NCBI GenBank assembly: GCA_038087875.1
Contig: JAXLNO010000140.1
Location: 62,001-126,000, forward strand
Source: Malacoraja senta
Lineage: Eukaryota
Direction: 5' to 3'
DNA length: 64,000 bases
Shown here: positions 24,586-37,892 of the stretch, piece by piece
How the letters are laid out: the number at the start of each line of letters is the position of its first letter
How positions within the stretch are numbered: the stretch's first letter is position 1
The notes under the pieces: generated by a model
Database searches by the model: none
Told to the model about the DNA's origin: nothing
The model's input: only the letters and a program-made list of their open reading frames with translations
Translations under genes and position numbers: made by a program

Positions 24586-27494
24586 GACAAGGCGCTTCTG
24601 GCACAATTATAGCACTGTAACTCCATCTCTCGTGAAATATAGCTTTGAGAGGAATTCAAGACATCTGTTATACGTACCGTGTCATACGATATATTGGACT
24701 GTAAACAGAACACTTCCCATTCCTTGATATAGGAGATGTACTGTTTCTTGGTACTATCTCTTCAGGCCGCAGTGATTACATCCACCGTACAACCTGACAG
24801 TCCGTACCCCAGGAAAGGTCTTCTCATAGTCTGCAAACCAACAATTTGATTCGCTCATGCAGTGGATGGTTCTCCCCAGTCACGTGGTAAACCAGCAGAT
24901 TTCTGCGTTTGGGAACCGCCATAAAGGCTCTGTTATCATTCACAGTATGAGTAGACCCATGGCTGTGTAGGTCAGTCAGGCACTATCAAAAGCCTGAGGC
25001 GGAGTCGTGCTGATTTTTAGGCAAGCTGATGAGGCAAAATGGAGGAAGGACATAAAGAACATTCCTCCCCAGTGTAGCGAGAATGCATCCATCGCCACTT
25101 CCCCTGAGAATGGCCGCCATGCCAGATATTTTTGCAACTGGTGATTGAGACTAGATGCAAACAAATCGATATTTGGTGTTCCATCAAGCCACAATGTCTT
25201 TAAATACTTTGTGATCCAACATTCATGTGTTGATTTACGTGATGATACACCAACGCCAAATGAGGTTAGGTAAACTATCACAGGATATTGACTTGATTGC
25301 ACCCATGTGATTAATATATTCCACCACCGTAGTGTGTCAACTTGTAGTTGAGCATGCGGATATGCATATTCGCACAATAAGCCTTTAACCCATAAAACGC
25401 ACCTAGTGACTTTAGGTAGTTGATACCATATAACTGAGGGATTGGTAACTCATGCACATCCCATCCGCCTCTGGGACTAGAGATGGGATAGTAATTTCCC
25501 ATCTTTGAGCACCAGCATCAGTTTGAAATATAACTGAAGGTTTATGACCAAAAGTACTGGAGCAATGCTGAATACTGTTTGTCCATCATTGTGACTTAAT
25601 AGCTTCAGCTGGTAATAGCATAGGTCTGTTAACAATGACCTTCATGGTACTTGAAAGCTTGCTCCTTTGCACGATGTAAGTTCTGATAATGCAAAGGCCC
25701 CAATTACGCAGCTGAAAACAGCCACTAAATTGCCAATTACACTGGCCACATGATGAATAAGCAACAAGATTGTTACAAGCTTCCATTAATTCTAATCTCT
25801 TGCCCCAGACAATTAATAGAGTTAAAGGTAAATCGCAATCTGTAACTAGTTGGTATCAACTTAAATTTAATTGGATGGATGAGAAACCGCAATTCCTCAA
25901 ATGTTAGTTTTGCGGCTGAAACAGCTAATTTAGCAAGATTCAGCGTTTTTAGAATATCCAGTTAGGCCACAAATATGTATTTTCAGCTTTGAGCAGCCCA
26001 AACACTGGCATGGTAATGTGGTAAATAACCTGGGAACTGAAGTTAGCCCATTTTGCAACGTTTTAACTGCTATCGTTGACCATCCAGCTAAATTCCAAAT
26101 ATCTCTGGTGAACCCTGTGAATGGGAACTGAATAGTATGCATCTTTGAGATCGATGCATGCCATAAAGTATCCTGTGGAAATCAGTTGTAACAGTGACGT
26201 TTCCCATTCTAAAAAGTCTATACTGCACATGTGAATGTGAGTTAATCAAGTGTGATCCGACATCATCCATCTATCGCTTGTTTGGATTTCTGCTTATATA
26301 CCCAAACCTTTTTGTTTGGACTGAATAGATGTCCAATCTGTTGTATATTGTATGGATGGCAATCAGTTAAAGGAAATTTAATTCGGAAATCCTTGTATGC
26401 TGTGCAGTATAAACTGACTGATGTTATTTTTTCACTTATAAACGGATCTGAATTTATCCGTCGACATTCGTGCAAAAACAAGTGTAATCTATTACCAACT
26501 CGTAACTAGCCCACACACCCCGTGTTTCGGAAATAACAGACCCACCTACCTCCATGGTTACCGGTGGCATGTGGTGAGCCCAAAGGCCCCTGATGCAAGT
26601 TCGTTTAGGTCCCCGAATTGGAACTGCTGGGGTGCGTAGATTGCACATTTTCTCTCTCAGGGCCGGCTTGGGCCTTGGCCTGAGAAATCTCTGCCCAGAG
26701 AATCAGCTTTCAAGCTGCCACCAGCTTCAGTGAACCACTTACTGCCGATGGAGTTGTAGATGTGTTGTCACCGAAATGGTGAGGCTTTTGCTCGTCGTAG
26801 GTACCTTGACTAGTCCGACAGCTTTACTTCCTCATCCAGGTTTTTACCTGTTTGGCTATGTCTTCTACAGTGAGAAGATTCGGCGGCTGGACATTGGTGG
26901 CCTTGCCATCCATAGTCTCCCCAGATAGCGCTGTTCACTACCGGCACTTTGTTCCTGTAATGGTGTGAGATCATTGATGCTTACCAAGCTTGTAATGTGA
27001 GGGGAACTCTGGCCCCTGGTTCTCTGCCATAGGCTGGAAGCCAACTCTTCCTTGCAGCGGCTCCTCCGTTTGCATGGATATCGCAACCCTTGATGCCATG
27101 ACAGAATTCTTGAACCACACGCAGGCACTTCTGAGTTTGGAGTCAGTCACACACTGACTGCCTACGCTCCCCTCCTCAGAGAGGGAGATATAATGCAGCC
27201 CTGCACCAGGCGCTGCTGTAGGTCCCCGATAAGACCTGCGCTGATATGGCCCCATCCACGGCCCATATCAGGATGGAACATCTCCTCCGTGGGATGCCCA
27301 TGGAGGGGAAACCTCCTTTCCTCTTCCCTACGCTCCCTTCCTCAGAGAGGGAGATATAATGCAGCCCTGCACCAGGTGCTGCCGCGGGCCCCGAGACCCA
27401 CGCTGATGTGACTCCGTTCCTTGGAGTGTATCATCTCAGGATGTTCCCCACTGCAGGGGCGCACCCTCACGGCCGAACTTGTCTGGGTCATCCG

Positions 27495-27790
27495 GCCTGC
27501 CGAGCCGGGTTTCCCCATGGAGCTGGGATTTCCCACAGTCTCCGCAGCCTGGTATCCCGGAGCCGGATTTTCTCCGGCGGAGCCGGGATTTCCCGCGGTC
27601 TCCGCAGCCGGGTTTTCCTGAGCAGGGATTCCCCACGCGAAGCCGGCTTCCCCGCGGTCTCTGCAGCCGGGTTTTCCCGAGCAGGGGTTCCCCACGTAGA
27701 GCCGGGATACCCCACTGTTTCCGCAGCCGGGTTTTCCCGAGCAGGGGTCCCCCAAGCGGAGCTGGGATTTCCCGCGGTCTCCGCAGCCGA
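27495..27790. repeat. GC-rich tandem repeat (about 59-60-bp unit, 4-5 copies) inside DIRS copy A
   Basis: gagccgggatttcccgcggtctccgcagccgggttttcc... recurs at about 27580, 27640, 27699 and 27759. Confidence 0.85.
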
Positions 27791-29280
27791 ACGTCAGTTA
27801 GCAGGAACTCTATAAAAGAGCTTCCTGCAGGGAAAAAGCACAACCTGAAATATAAGTTCGAAACATACCTTCAGGTTCTGAACTTACCGCTGGAGGAGCA
27901 GCGTGCCTGCCAGCCAGTCGTGCGGCATGCGTTAGACGTAATGACGCGCATGTGGCCTGCCGGGTTCTTCTTCACGTAGTCACTCACGTGACTCTGAAGT
28001 AAAATATATACATATACAATCAAGTAAGACTCAAGTACAATAGGAAGAGCAAAGGGGTAGATACAAAGTGCAGAATATAGTTCTATGAACATAGGCCATG
28101 TCCGCAATGGGGTAGAGGTGAATCAAACAGTACCCTAGCTTATAGAAGGACTGTTCAGATGTCTGAATACAGAGGGGAAGAAGCTGTTTCCTGAGTCATC
28201 ATGGTGCACACTTTCAAGCTTCTGTACCTTCTGCCAGAAGGGAGCGGGGAGAAGAAGGAATGACCTGGTGGGACGAGTATGATTATGATCACTGCTTTTC
28301 TGCGGCAGTGTGGTGTAGACAGAGTTGATATTGATGGTCAGATCTGTGTGATGGACTAGGCTACATTCACGACTCACCATCATCAAAATCCCGACAATAG
28401 GCAGATAATAGGTTTATTATTCGTATGAGTAACAAGATACAGTGAAAAACGTGTTGGCATGCTGTCCAGTCAAATCAGATAATATCTTACATGACAGAAG
28501 ATAGAACAGTACAGCACAGGAACAGGCCCTTCGGCCCACAATGTCTGTGCCCAACACGATGCCAGGGCCATCTTTTCACTGTATCTAGGTACACGTGACA
28601 ATAAACTAAACTGAAATTGAAACTCGTATCTGCCTACACATAATCCATGTCCCCTGAGGAGCACCTTCAGCAACAGACTGGTTCCACCAAGATTCCCCCC
28701 CCCCCCATCTCCTGCATATACATGTGCCTATCAAGAACTCTCTCAATGTCACTATCATATCTGCCTCCATCTCCACACACTGCATTTCAAGTTTAAACTT
28801 GGTCCCTCTCACTTGAAAGCTATGATCTCTATTATTTGATACATCAATCCTGGAAAAAAATATTCAGACTGCACCCTATCTACGGGGCCGCTCATGATTT
28901 TATGTACGATCTATCATGTCTCTTCACAACCTCCGGCATTCCATAAAAAAACAATCCAAATCTGTCCAACCTCTCCCTGTAGCTAATCCCCCATAATCTA
29001 GGCATCATTCAGCGACTCTGTACTCTTCCTAAGCCTCCCTGTAATAGGGCGATCAGAAACTGCAAGCAATACTCCAATGCGGCCTAACCAAAGTCCTAAT
29101 AAAGCTGCATCATGATTTACCGACTCTTCTACTCGATGCCATGACCTATGAAAGCAAGCACACCATATACTTTCTTTACCACTCTATCTTGGCCTCCAAT
29201 TACTGCAGGCATTTCTATATGTGGAAGATGTGACTAGTCTGAAGCCTTCTTGACTCAATATCATTCAATTCAAAATAAAA

Positions 29281-29612
29281 ACACAAAGTGGTGGAGTAGC
29301 TGAGCAGAACAGATAGCATCTCTGGTGAACATGGATAGATGACGTTTCACAGAGTGCTGGAGTAACTCAGCCGGGTCAGGCAGCATCTCTGGTGAACATG
29401 GATAGATGACGTTTCACAGAGTGCTGGAGTAACTCAGCGGGTCAGGCAGCATCTGTGGAGAACATGGATAGGTGACGTTTCACAGAGTGCTGGAGTAACT
29501 CAGCGGGTCAGGCAGCATCTGTGGAGAACATGGATAGGTGACATTTCACAGAATGCTGGAGTAACTCAGCGGGTCAGGCAGCATCTGTGGAGAACATGAA
29601 TAGGTGACGTTT
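29281..29612. repeat. 66-bp tandem repeat of a Penelope-associated short repeat (about 5 copies)
   Basis: Unit gacgtttcacagagtgctggagtaactcagcgggtcaggcagcatctgtggagaacatggataggt at 29341, 29408, 29474 and 29540. A similar 3-copy array lies at about 53500-53710. Confidence 0.85.
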
Positions 29613-29898
29613 CAGGTTGGGGGGGGTCTTCTGCAGACTGAGGTTAGGGTGGGCCTGGCCCAGCGCAATGCTGTCGGCCCCTTCCTCTGCCACTCCATGT
29701 AGCTGCCACAGGCTGCGCTCGATCGCCCGGCTGTTGTAGGGGCTTCCGCGACCGCCCGCAACCACTGCAAACACACCACCCGTACACGTTCCTCATGTTC
29801 GGCACAGACATTTTTAGCGAGGAGGTACTTTGTATAATTCTAAACAATGAATGGGGGAGTTATATATGATTTTACATCAATCCAGATTTTGAATCTAG

Positions 29899-29974
29899 GT
29901 ATGATTACGATTCATCGCAATGGATCGATTGCTGCAGGGACCTCTACTAATGGACAACTCCACAAAATCCCAGG
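29899..29974 (+). CDS. AGA: AGA exon 6
   Basis: tag/GTACG bounded, 76 nt. Reads GMITIHRNGSIAAGTSTNGQLHKIPG. Confidence 0.93.
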
Positions 29975-30489
29975 GTACGTCTGTGCTTCAAATGAAGTTC
30001 CTCTCTCTGCATAAACAACATACGAGAAATAGATTTAGCTGATGATCCAAATGCTAATTTTAGTCTTTCTTGTTCTATCTTTGACCACCCCTGGCATAGA
30101 TTGATTCAACATTCAATCTTGCTCCCTAGGTGAAAATGTCAGAGGCGAGAGGTGCGGAGTTTCAGGCACTCAACGCCCTTTGTGTAAAAAAAAACCTTGC
30201 CCTGCACATATCCTATAAACTTTGCCCCTCTCACCTTAAAGCTAGCCTTTGGCATTTTCACCCTTGGGAAAGGTTCTGACTGGTCACCCTGCCTACGCCT
30301 CTCATAATTTAATATAGTTAACCCTGTTGTAATAGATTATAGGGGGTGGGGGTTGGGAAATGAGGTCTGCTATTGCCAATCTGCTATAACCGAGTAAGGG
30401 ATTTGCTTCAACCAACTAGTGATCACTAAGTGAAACAACAAGTTTTCAAATACAAAGTTATCTTTAACAGCTAAAACTATGTTTTCTGC

Positions 30490-31935
30490 ATCTGTCTTCA
30501 CAGTGGAAGATGCCAGCAACGTGCCAGACATGCAAAAGCCAGGGGGTAGAAGTTAGTGCAGTGGGAAGTTGGTGCTTGGGAAGCTGAGAGGTCTAAAGGT
30601 GGATACGTCACCTGGACTAGATGTATTACACCACAGGGTTCTGAAAGAGGTGGCTTTGGAGACTGTGGAGGCTTTGGTGGTGATCTTTCAAGAATCACTA
30701 GTCAGGAGTGGTCACAAAGAGCTGGAAAATTGTCAGACAGCAGGTCAGACAGCATCTCTCGAGAACATGTGTAGGTGATCAGTCTGAAAATGCGTGCCGA
30801 CCCAAAATGTCACCTGTCCATGTTCTCCAGAGATGTCCAATATGTCCAATTTATGCAAAGAGTAGGAGTAAACGGGTCCTTTTCACAATGGCAGGCAGTG
30901 ACTAGTGGGGTACCGCAAGGCTCAGTGCTGGGACCCCAGCTATTTACAATTTATATTAATGGCTGGATGAGGGAATTGAAGGCAACATCTCCAAGTTTGC
31001 GGATGACACTAAGCTGGGGGGCAGTGTTAGCTGTGAGGAGGATGCTAGGAGACTGCAAGGTGATTGGATAGGCTGGGTGAGTGGGCAAATGTTTGGCAGA
31101 TGCAGTATAATGTGGATAAATGTGAGGTTATCCACTTTGGTGGCAAAAACAGGAAAGCAGACTATTGTCTAAATGGTGGCCGATTAGGAAATGGGGAGAT
31201 GCAGCGAGACCTGGGTGTCATGGTACACCAGTCATTGAAAGTAGGCATGCAGGTGCAGCAGGCAGTGAAGAAAGCGATTGGTATGTTAGCTTTCATAGCA
31301 AAAGGATTTGAGTATAGGAGCAGGGAGGTTCTACTGCAGTTGTACAGGGTCTTGGTGAGACCACACCTGGAGTATTGCGTACAGTTTTGGTCTCCAAATC
31401 TGAGGAAGGACATTATAGCCATAGAGGGAGTGCAGAGAAGGTTCACCAGACTGATTCCTGGGATGTCAGGACTTTCATATGAAGAAAGACTGGATAGACT
31501 TGGCTTATATTCGCTAGAATTTAGGAGATTGAGAGGGGATCTTATAGAAACATACACAATTCTTATGGGGTTGGACAGGCTAGATGCAGGAAGATTGTTC
31601 CCGATGTTGGGGAAGTCCAGGACAAGGGGTCACAGCTTAAGGATACGGGGGGAAATCCTTTAAGACCGAGATGAGGAAAAACTTTTTCACACAGAGAGTG
31701 GTGAATCTCTGGAACTCTCTGCCACAGAGGGTAGTTGAGGCCAGTTCATTGGCTATATTTAAGAGGGAGTTAGATGTGGCCCTTGTGGCTAAGGGGATCA
31801 GGGGGTATGGAGAGAAGGCAGGTACGGGATACTGAGTTGGATGATCAGCCATGATCATATTGAATGGCGGTGCAGGCTCGAAGGGCCGAATGGCCTACTC
31901 CTGCACCTATTTTCTATGTATCTATGTATCTATAA
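30490..31935 (+). mobile_element. CR1 LINE fragment (AGA intron 6)
   Basis: SGVPQGSVLGP, KFADD, ORF 31064-31663 and CR1 3' UTR/tail. Confidence 0.9.
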
Positions 31936-32034
31936 GATGTATGAATATGGGAGACATTACCTGATGTTGAGGGGAGGTGGTGGAGGGAAAATCTTACTCA
32001 ATATTGAAAGCATTACTGACCATGATTAATAGTT

Positions 32035-32512
32035 CTGCCACGAACACTTCCGCGCAGTTCGCCTAGGTCTCCGCAATCCCCCAGTTTCCAAACTCTTCAA
32101 CTCACTCTCCCATTCCCATATTGACCTTTCTGCCCTGGGCCTCCTCTACTGAGGCCCAATGCAAATTGGAGGAACAGCATCTCATATTTCACTTGGGCAG
32201 CTTATAACCCAGCGGTATGAATATTAATTTCTCCAACTTTAAGAAACACATACTTTCCCTCTCTCCGCCAGTCCCCTACTCGAGTTCTCCGACTAGTTTC
32301 ACTATCCTCCTGATTCATTTTACTGATTGTCTGCCTCCTTGTCACCTTCCCCTCAGCGAACAATGTATCATTCCAAATTTCTCATTATTGTCTGCTTTGA
32401 TCTGTGTTTTCACACCTTCTCCTTCCATATCTCCAGACCCTCTCCCCTGGCTCTCAGTCTGAAGAAGGATCTTGACCCAAAACATCACCAATCGTTCTCT
32501 CCAGAGATGCCT
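32035..32512 (+). mobile_element. Penelope-like element 3' remnant (GIY-YIG C-terminus plus degenerate hammerhead)
   Basis: Degenerate EH.R.VR...FNS.SHSH.DLS.LGLL...KLEEQHLIF.LGSL.PSGMNINFSNF, followed by ctgaagaaggatcttgacccaaaac. Confidence 0.7.
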
Positions 32513-33980
32513 GTGATAGTCATAGAGTAATACAGTGTGGAAACAAGCCCTTCAGCCCAACTTGGCCACAACGGCCAACATAATCATAATTACTTTATTA
32601 GCCAAGTATGATTTGCAACACACGAGGAATTTGATTTGCCATAGTCATACCAATAAAAAGCAATAAAACACACAAAATACATTTTAACAAATGTAACAAC
32701 ATACATCTTGGCTCCTCCGTGCCGGGCGATCTACCCCCGGTCGGGGCTTGTCGAAACCTTCTGTGACTGGAGCTTCCCGACATCAGCCTCTACCCGAGAC
32801 TGCGAGCACCTCGATGGTGAAATCCGCAGGCCGCGGTTGGAGCGCTGATCCCAGGAAGGGATTGCAGGCTCTGATGCTAAGTCCACGGCCCCATGGTGTG
32901 GCTCAAAGTCAGTCTCGAGCAAGGCCGCCAGCTCCATGATGTTAGACCGCAGAGCGACCGGAGATACGATCCGGAAAACAATCGCATCTCTGGCAAGGTA
33001 AGAGATTGAAAAAATGTTTCCTCCGACCCCCTTCCCCACCCCACACAAAAAACAAACCAGAAAACATTAACACATACTTTAAAAACACACTAAATATAAC
33101 AAAAAAGATGAAAGGGAGACAGACCGTTAGCGAGGCTGCCATCGCTGACAGCGCCACCCGGTGGAAATGTCCCAGCTACAATAGTTCCACTTGCCTGCGT
33201 TTGAACCATGTCCCTCCAAACCTGTCTGTTTCTTAAATGTTGGGATAGTCCCTGCCTCAACTACCTCCTCTGGCAGCTTGTTCCAGAGACCCACCACACT
33301 TTGTGTGAAAAGGTTACCCCTCAAATTCCTATTAAATCTTTTCCCCTTCACCTACTCTGGGCAAGAGACTCTGTGCATCTATCCAATCTATTCCTCTGAT
33401 GATTTTATACACCTACATACGATCATGCCTCATCCTCCAGCACTCCAAGGAATAGAGTCCCAGCCTACTCAGCCTCTCCCTATAGCTCTCACCCTCTAGT
33501 CCTGCAACATCCTTGTATATCCAGCTTCACAACATTGTATATTTCCAGCTTGACAACATTCTTTCCCATAGCATGGTGCCCAAAACGGAACACAATACTC
33601 TAAATGCAGTCTCAACATCTTATGAAACTGCAACATGCCCTCCCAACTTCTATACTTAATACTCTGATTAATGAAGGCCAATATGCCAAAAGCCTTTTTG
33701 ACCACCTTATCTACCTGCGACTACACCTTCAAGGAACCATGCACCTGTAGTCCAAGATCCCTCTGCTCTACAAACGCTCCCCAGAGCCCTACCATTCGCT
33801 GTGTAGGTCCTGCCCATGTTAGACTTCCCAAAATGCAACACCTCACATTTCTCTGTCACGCTGAGTTACTCAAGTATTTTGTGTTTATCTCTACTGTTGG
33901 CAATGCTGTGTAATCCCCGAGAACAATTACCTGTGTATGTGGGCAGTGATGGTTGTATGATGTATGGGTGTGTCTTACAG

Positions 33981-34088
33981 TCGTGTAGGGGATTCCCCGA
34001 TCGCTGGAGCAGGTGCCTACGCTGACAGCACAGCTGGAGCAGCAGCTGCGACCGGGAATGGAGACATCATGATGCGATTCCTCCCAAG
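33981..34088 (+). CDS. AGA: AGA exon 7
   Basis: cag/GTACG bounded, 108 nt. Reads [35 protein letters not shown], with the conserved RVGDSP and TGxG motifs. Confidence 0.95.
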
Positions 34089-35248
34089 GTACGGCAACTC
34101 CCACCACGTTTGCAGGTGGTGAAATACGTTTGGTTTATAAGTTGTGAGCCGTTAATTGAGCTGAAATACTTAAAACTTTGAGCCAAGTGAAACTTCCCTT
34201 GAAAAGATGCCCTGTATTCAACACAGCAGCAGTCTTAGTTTAGTTTATAGAGGCAGCGTGGAAACAGGCCCATCATGTCCGCGCCGACTCAATTGTCATA
34301 ATCTCTGTAATACAGACTGGTGTTGGGGTTCACTTCCATGTGGCAGTGATCGTTCACTCCCCTCTTTTTGACTGAGTGCAGATGCTGAGTGCGTCACAGC
34401 CAAGCCTCCTATTTGATATCTAACCCCATATGGGGAAGTAGATTAGTTAATTAACTGTAGACAAGAGCAGGAAGTCGTAAGAGAAGCAGAGATAACTAGC
34501 CATCTATAAGTAATAGATAGGAAAGGTTTAGAAGGAAGACACAAAATGCTGGAGTAACTCAGCGGGTCAGCCAGCATCTCTGGAGAGAAGGATTGGGTGA
34601 CATTTTGGGTCGAGACCGTACTCCAGTTTGAAGATGGGTCTCGACCCGCAACATCACCCATTCCTTCTCTCCAGAGATGCTGGCTGACCCGCTGAGTTAC
34701 TCCAGCATTTTGTGTCTACCTTCGATTGAAACCAGCATCTGCAGTTCTTTCCTACAGAAGGTTTAGAAGGATATGGGCCATTCACGGGCAAATGGAACTA
34801 GCTTAGATGTGGTATGAAGATGGACACAAAATGCTGGAGTAACTCAGCGGATCTGACTTGAGAGGCAGGGGAGAGGGAGTCCAGAGATGTGGAAGGTGCA
34901 AAGAGGACAGATCAAAGCAGACAATGTGGTACCTTGGTTGGCATGAACTAGTTGGGCCGAAGGACCTGTTTCTGTACTGTATGATTGTGACTAGTTCATC
35001 GAGTTGGGTCGTTGGTTGGTGACGTTGTTCGGGAGAGGATGGGTATGTGGTAATAACTGGGAAATCAAACAATTTTATTTTGATGTCACAATAGAATAAG
35101 AAAGGGTTGACTTCACTGGGAAGTAGAGTTTGAAAGACTGCAATTGGATTTGGGAAAACAAAAACAATCTGTGGCATACTGTATATGTTTTTATTGCATC
35201 ATATTGTTTTCATTTTAATTGCATGTTCAACTTTACTCCACAAATTAG

Positions 35249-35382
35249 CTACCAGGCAGTTGAATATATGAGAATGGAAATAGACCCAACTTTGGTGTGC
35301 CAGAAAGCTATTGGAAGGATCCAAAAGTATCACCCAAACTTTTTTTGGGCTCTAATCTGTGCCAACAAGACTGGGCATTATG
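35249..35382 (+). CDS. AGA: AGA exon 8
   Basis: tag/GTAAGT bounded, 134 nt. Reads [46 protein letters not shown]. Confidence 0.93.
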
Positions 35383-36406
35383 GTAAGTCTTTCAAACAAA
35401 GCCTACACATAGGGTCAATCTAAAATTGTCCAGGTAAGGAAAACATTATGTTAAAAATTGTGACTGACAGAAAAACTTTCATCTTTCAATTGGTGTTTTA
35501 TTTCATGTACATTTTATGGGAGCAACATTAAATGCTCAGTTTTGAAGCTTTTGCATTGAGACAGTTTATGTTCTGAAAAATAAAACTTGTCTAGAAAAAT
35601 AAATTATACAGCAAAGAAATGTAAAATATTTCCATGCATTAAGATTTAGAAAGACAATAGATGAAGAGGGCATATGGTATTATTGCCTTCATAGGTCAGG
35701 GCATTGAGTATGAAGGTCAGGAAGTCATGATGCAGTTCTATAGGACTTTGGTTGCGGAGTTTTGTGTGCAGTTCTGGTCACCCCATTACAGGAATGATGT
35801 GGAGTCTTTAGAAAGGGTGCAGAGGAAGTTTACCAGAATGATGCCTGGATTAGGAAGTACTAGCTCAGCATTGTAGCGCATCAGTTCCATCGATAGTCCA
35901 ATGTGAATTGAACAGTGCCCCAGCTTATGGAAGGACCGTTCACAAGCTTGATAAGAGGGGAAGAAGCTTGAGTCTGGTGGTGCGCACTTTCAAGCTTCTA
36001 TACCACGGACAGGAGCCGGGAGAAGAGGAATGAACAGAGTGGGATAAATATAGAAACATAGAAAATAGGTGCAGGAGGAGGCCATTCGTCCCTTCGAATC
36101 TTTGTTGTTTTTTTTATCATAAAAGGGAAAATGAACACATCTGAAAATGCATGCGCATGCATACCTGACAGTTAGTCGACTTTGTTAAAAGGTCAACCAC
36201 CTGAAACTGTTTCTCTCCCTCGCACTGATGCTCGTTGATCTAAGTTTACCAACACTTCATTCTTTACTTTTGGTATGGCATAAAACTGAGAATAATTCAT
36301 TAAGAAATATGTAACAATCAAAACGCTGAATAATTTTCACAATAATTAAGCTGATGCACTATGTTACTCCCACTTACACCTTCCTGTAATTCTTCTTCTC
36401 TTTTAG

Positions 36407-36501
36407 GGGTTGTATGCAGTAAATCTCCAAATTTGACTCAGTTTCATTTTATGATTTTCAATCCTTCAACAGCTTCAGAAAAGATAGTCGACTGCATTTA
36501 A
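36407..36501 (+). CDS. AGA: AGA last coding exon (exon 9)
   Basis: Strong polypyrimidine acceptor. Reads GVVCSKSPNLTQFHFMIFNPSTASEKIVDCI* (human ends KVDCI). ATTAAA at about 36580 is a candidate polyA signal. Confidence 0.9.
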
Positions 36502-37892
36502 AGTTGTTGTCATCCATCCGTCATTTTCTAAAGACCTCGTCAGCTTGTGAAATTCAAACTCTTATGAATCGAAGTGACAATTAAAAGAGTTATTCTGTTA
36601 ATTTTCAGAATTGTGCACTATGTAAAAGCAGGTTAAACTATTAAGATTTCAGAAACATTTACAGGGCTAGTTGCCAGTACCGCAGCTTATACACTATATA
36701 CATGAAGCAAAGTGGTCTCCTGTTTATAGAGTCATACAACAGAGACATAGGTCCTTCAGTCCTGCTCATCAAAGCTGAACAAGATGTCACAACTAAGTTA
36801 GTCCCATTTGATCACATATGGCCCATGTCTTTCTATACCTTTCCTATCCATGTACCTGTTCAAAGAACTTTTAAATATTGTTATTGTCCCTACCTCAACT
36901 ACCTCCTCTGGCAGCTCGTTGCATATACCTTCATCCTCTCGCCGAGATCGCCAGTGGTGGAGCTCCATCCAGCGCGGCCTGTTAGCTTCGGAAGCCGCGG
37001 TCTCGGGTCAGGAAGCGGCCGTTCCAGGTATCCCAAGCCGCTGAGAGGATTCTCCCGATGCCGGAGCACCATCATCCGGCGAGAAGGGCCTGGAACATCA
37101 GGCCTCCGTAAAGGTGACTGCGGAGGCCTCAATAAGCCCGACTATGGGTGGACAAGGGGATGGGGACTGGACTTTGCACCTTCCCTCATAATGGGAACCA
37201 TTGTGGGGGGATGTTTTTATGTTTAAATTTCTTTATTATTGTTCTGTTGTATTCTTTTTAATGTGTTGCAATGGCAATCCGCATTTCACGACACCAATTG
37301 GTGTATGTGACAAATAAAGAACCTTTGAAAAAGCTACGTCTCAGGTTCCTATTAAATCTTTCCCATTTAATCTTAAATCTATGTCCTCTGGTTCTTCATT
37401 CCTCTACTCTGGGTAGAAGACTTTCATTGTAAATCTTCTCTGCACCCTTTCCAGCTTAACAAAATGCTTCCGATAATGGGGTGAGCAAACCTGAACACAA
37501 TACTCTAAATGTGGCCTCACCAATGTCTTGTACAACTTTTTGAACTTGATCTCGCTTCTATGACCGTTGTCCAACCATCAAAAAACCCTCTTCACATATT
37601 ACCTGCCAGGCTTTGTCTGCCATACTTGTGACCTCTAGTCTTTGATATTTCCAAACTGAGAAAAATGTCGCTATTGTCCACACGATCTATGACTTTCAAA
37701 TGTTTAAATACATCTATCAGGTCTCCCCTCAACCTCCAAAGTTCCAGAGTAAATAATCCAAGTTTGTCGAACATTTCTATACAGCTAGTAGCCTCGAAGA
37801 CAGGCATTATTCTGGTTAACCTTCTCAGCACCCCTTTCCAAAGCCTCCACATCCTTTCTGTAATGTGGTGAATAAAGCTGTAAAATACCATA

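Larger units (their letters stand above)
20991..28005 (-). mobile_element. DIRS tyrosine-recombinase retrotransposon, copy A (decayed, interrupted by Rex1)
   Basis: ICR at 21216-21325 is complementary to both termini. Remnants of YR (HSTRAA near 21650, SRFMKGIFNSNSPRPRYSEIWDV), methyltransferase (TPNIDLFASSLNH), RNase H (INYLK...AFYGLK) and RT (NGLTSVPRLFT). AAT core at both ends. Confidence 0.9.

Noticed and set aside
27342..27979. Overlapping repetitive ORFs on both strands as a host gene
   Set aside because: Generated by the GC-rich tandem repeat inside DIRS copy A.
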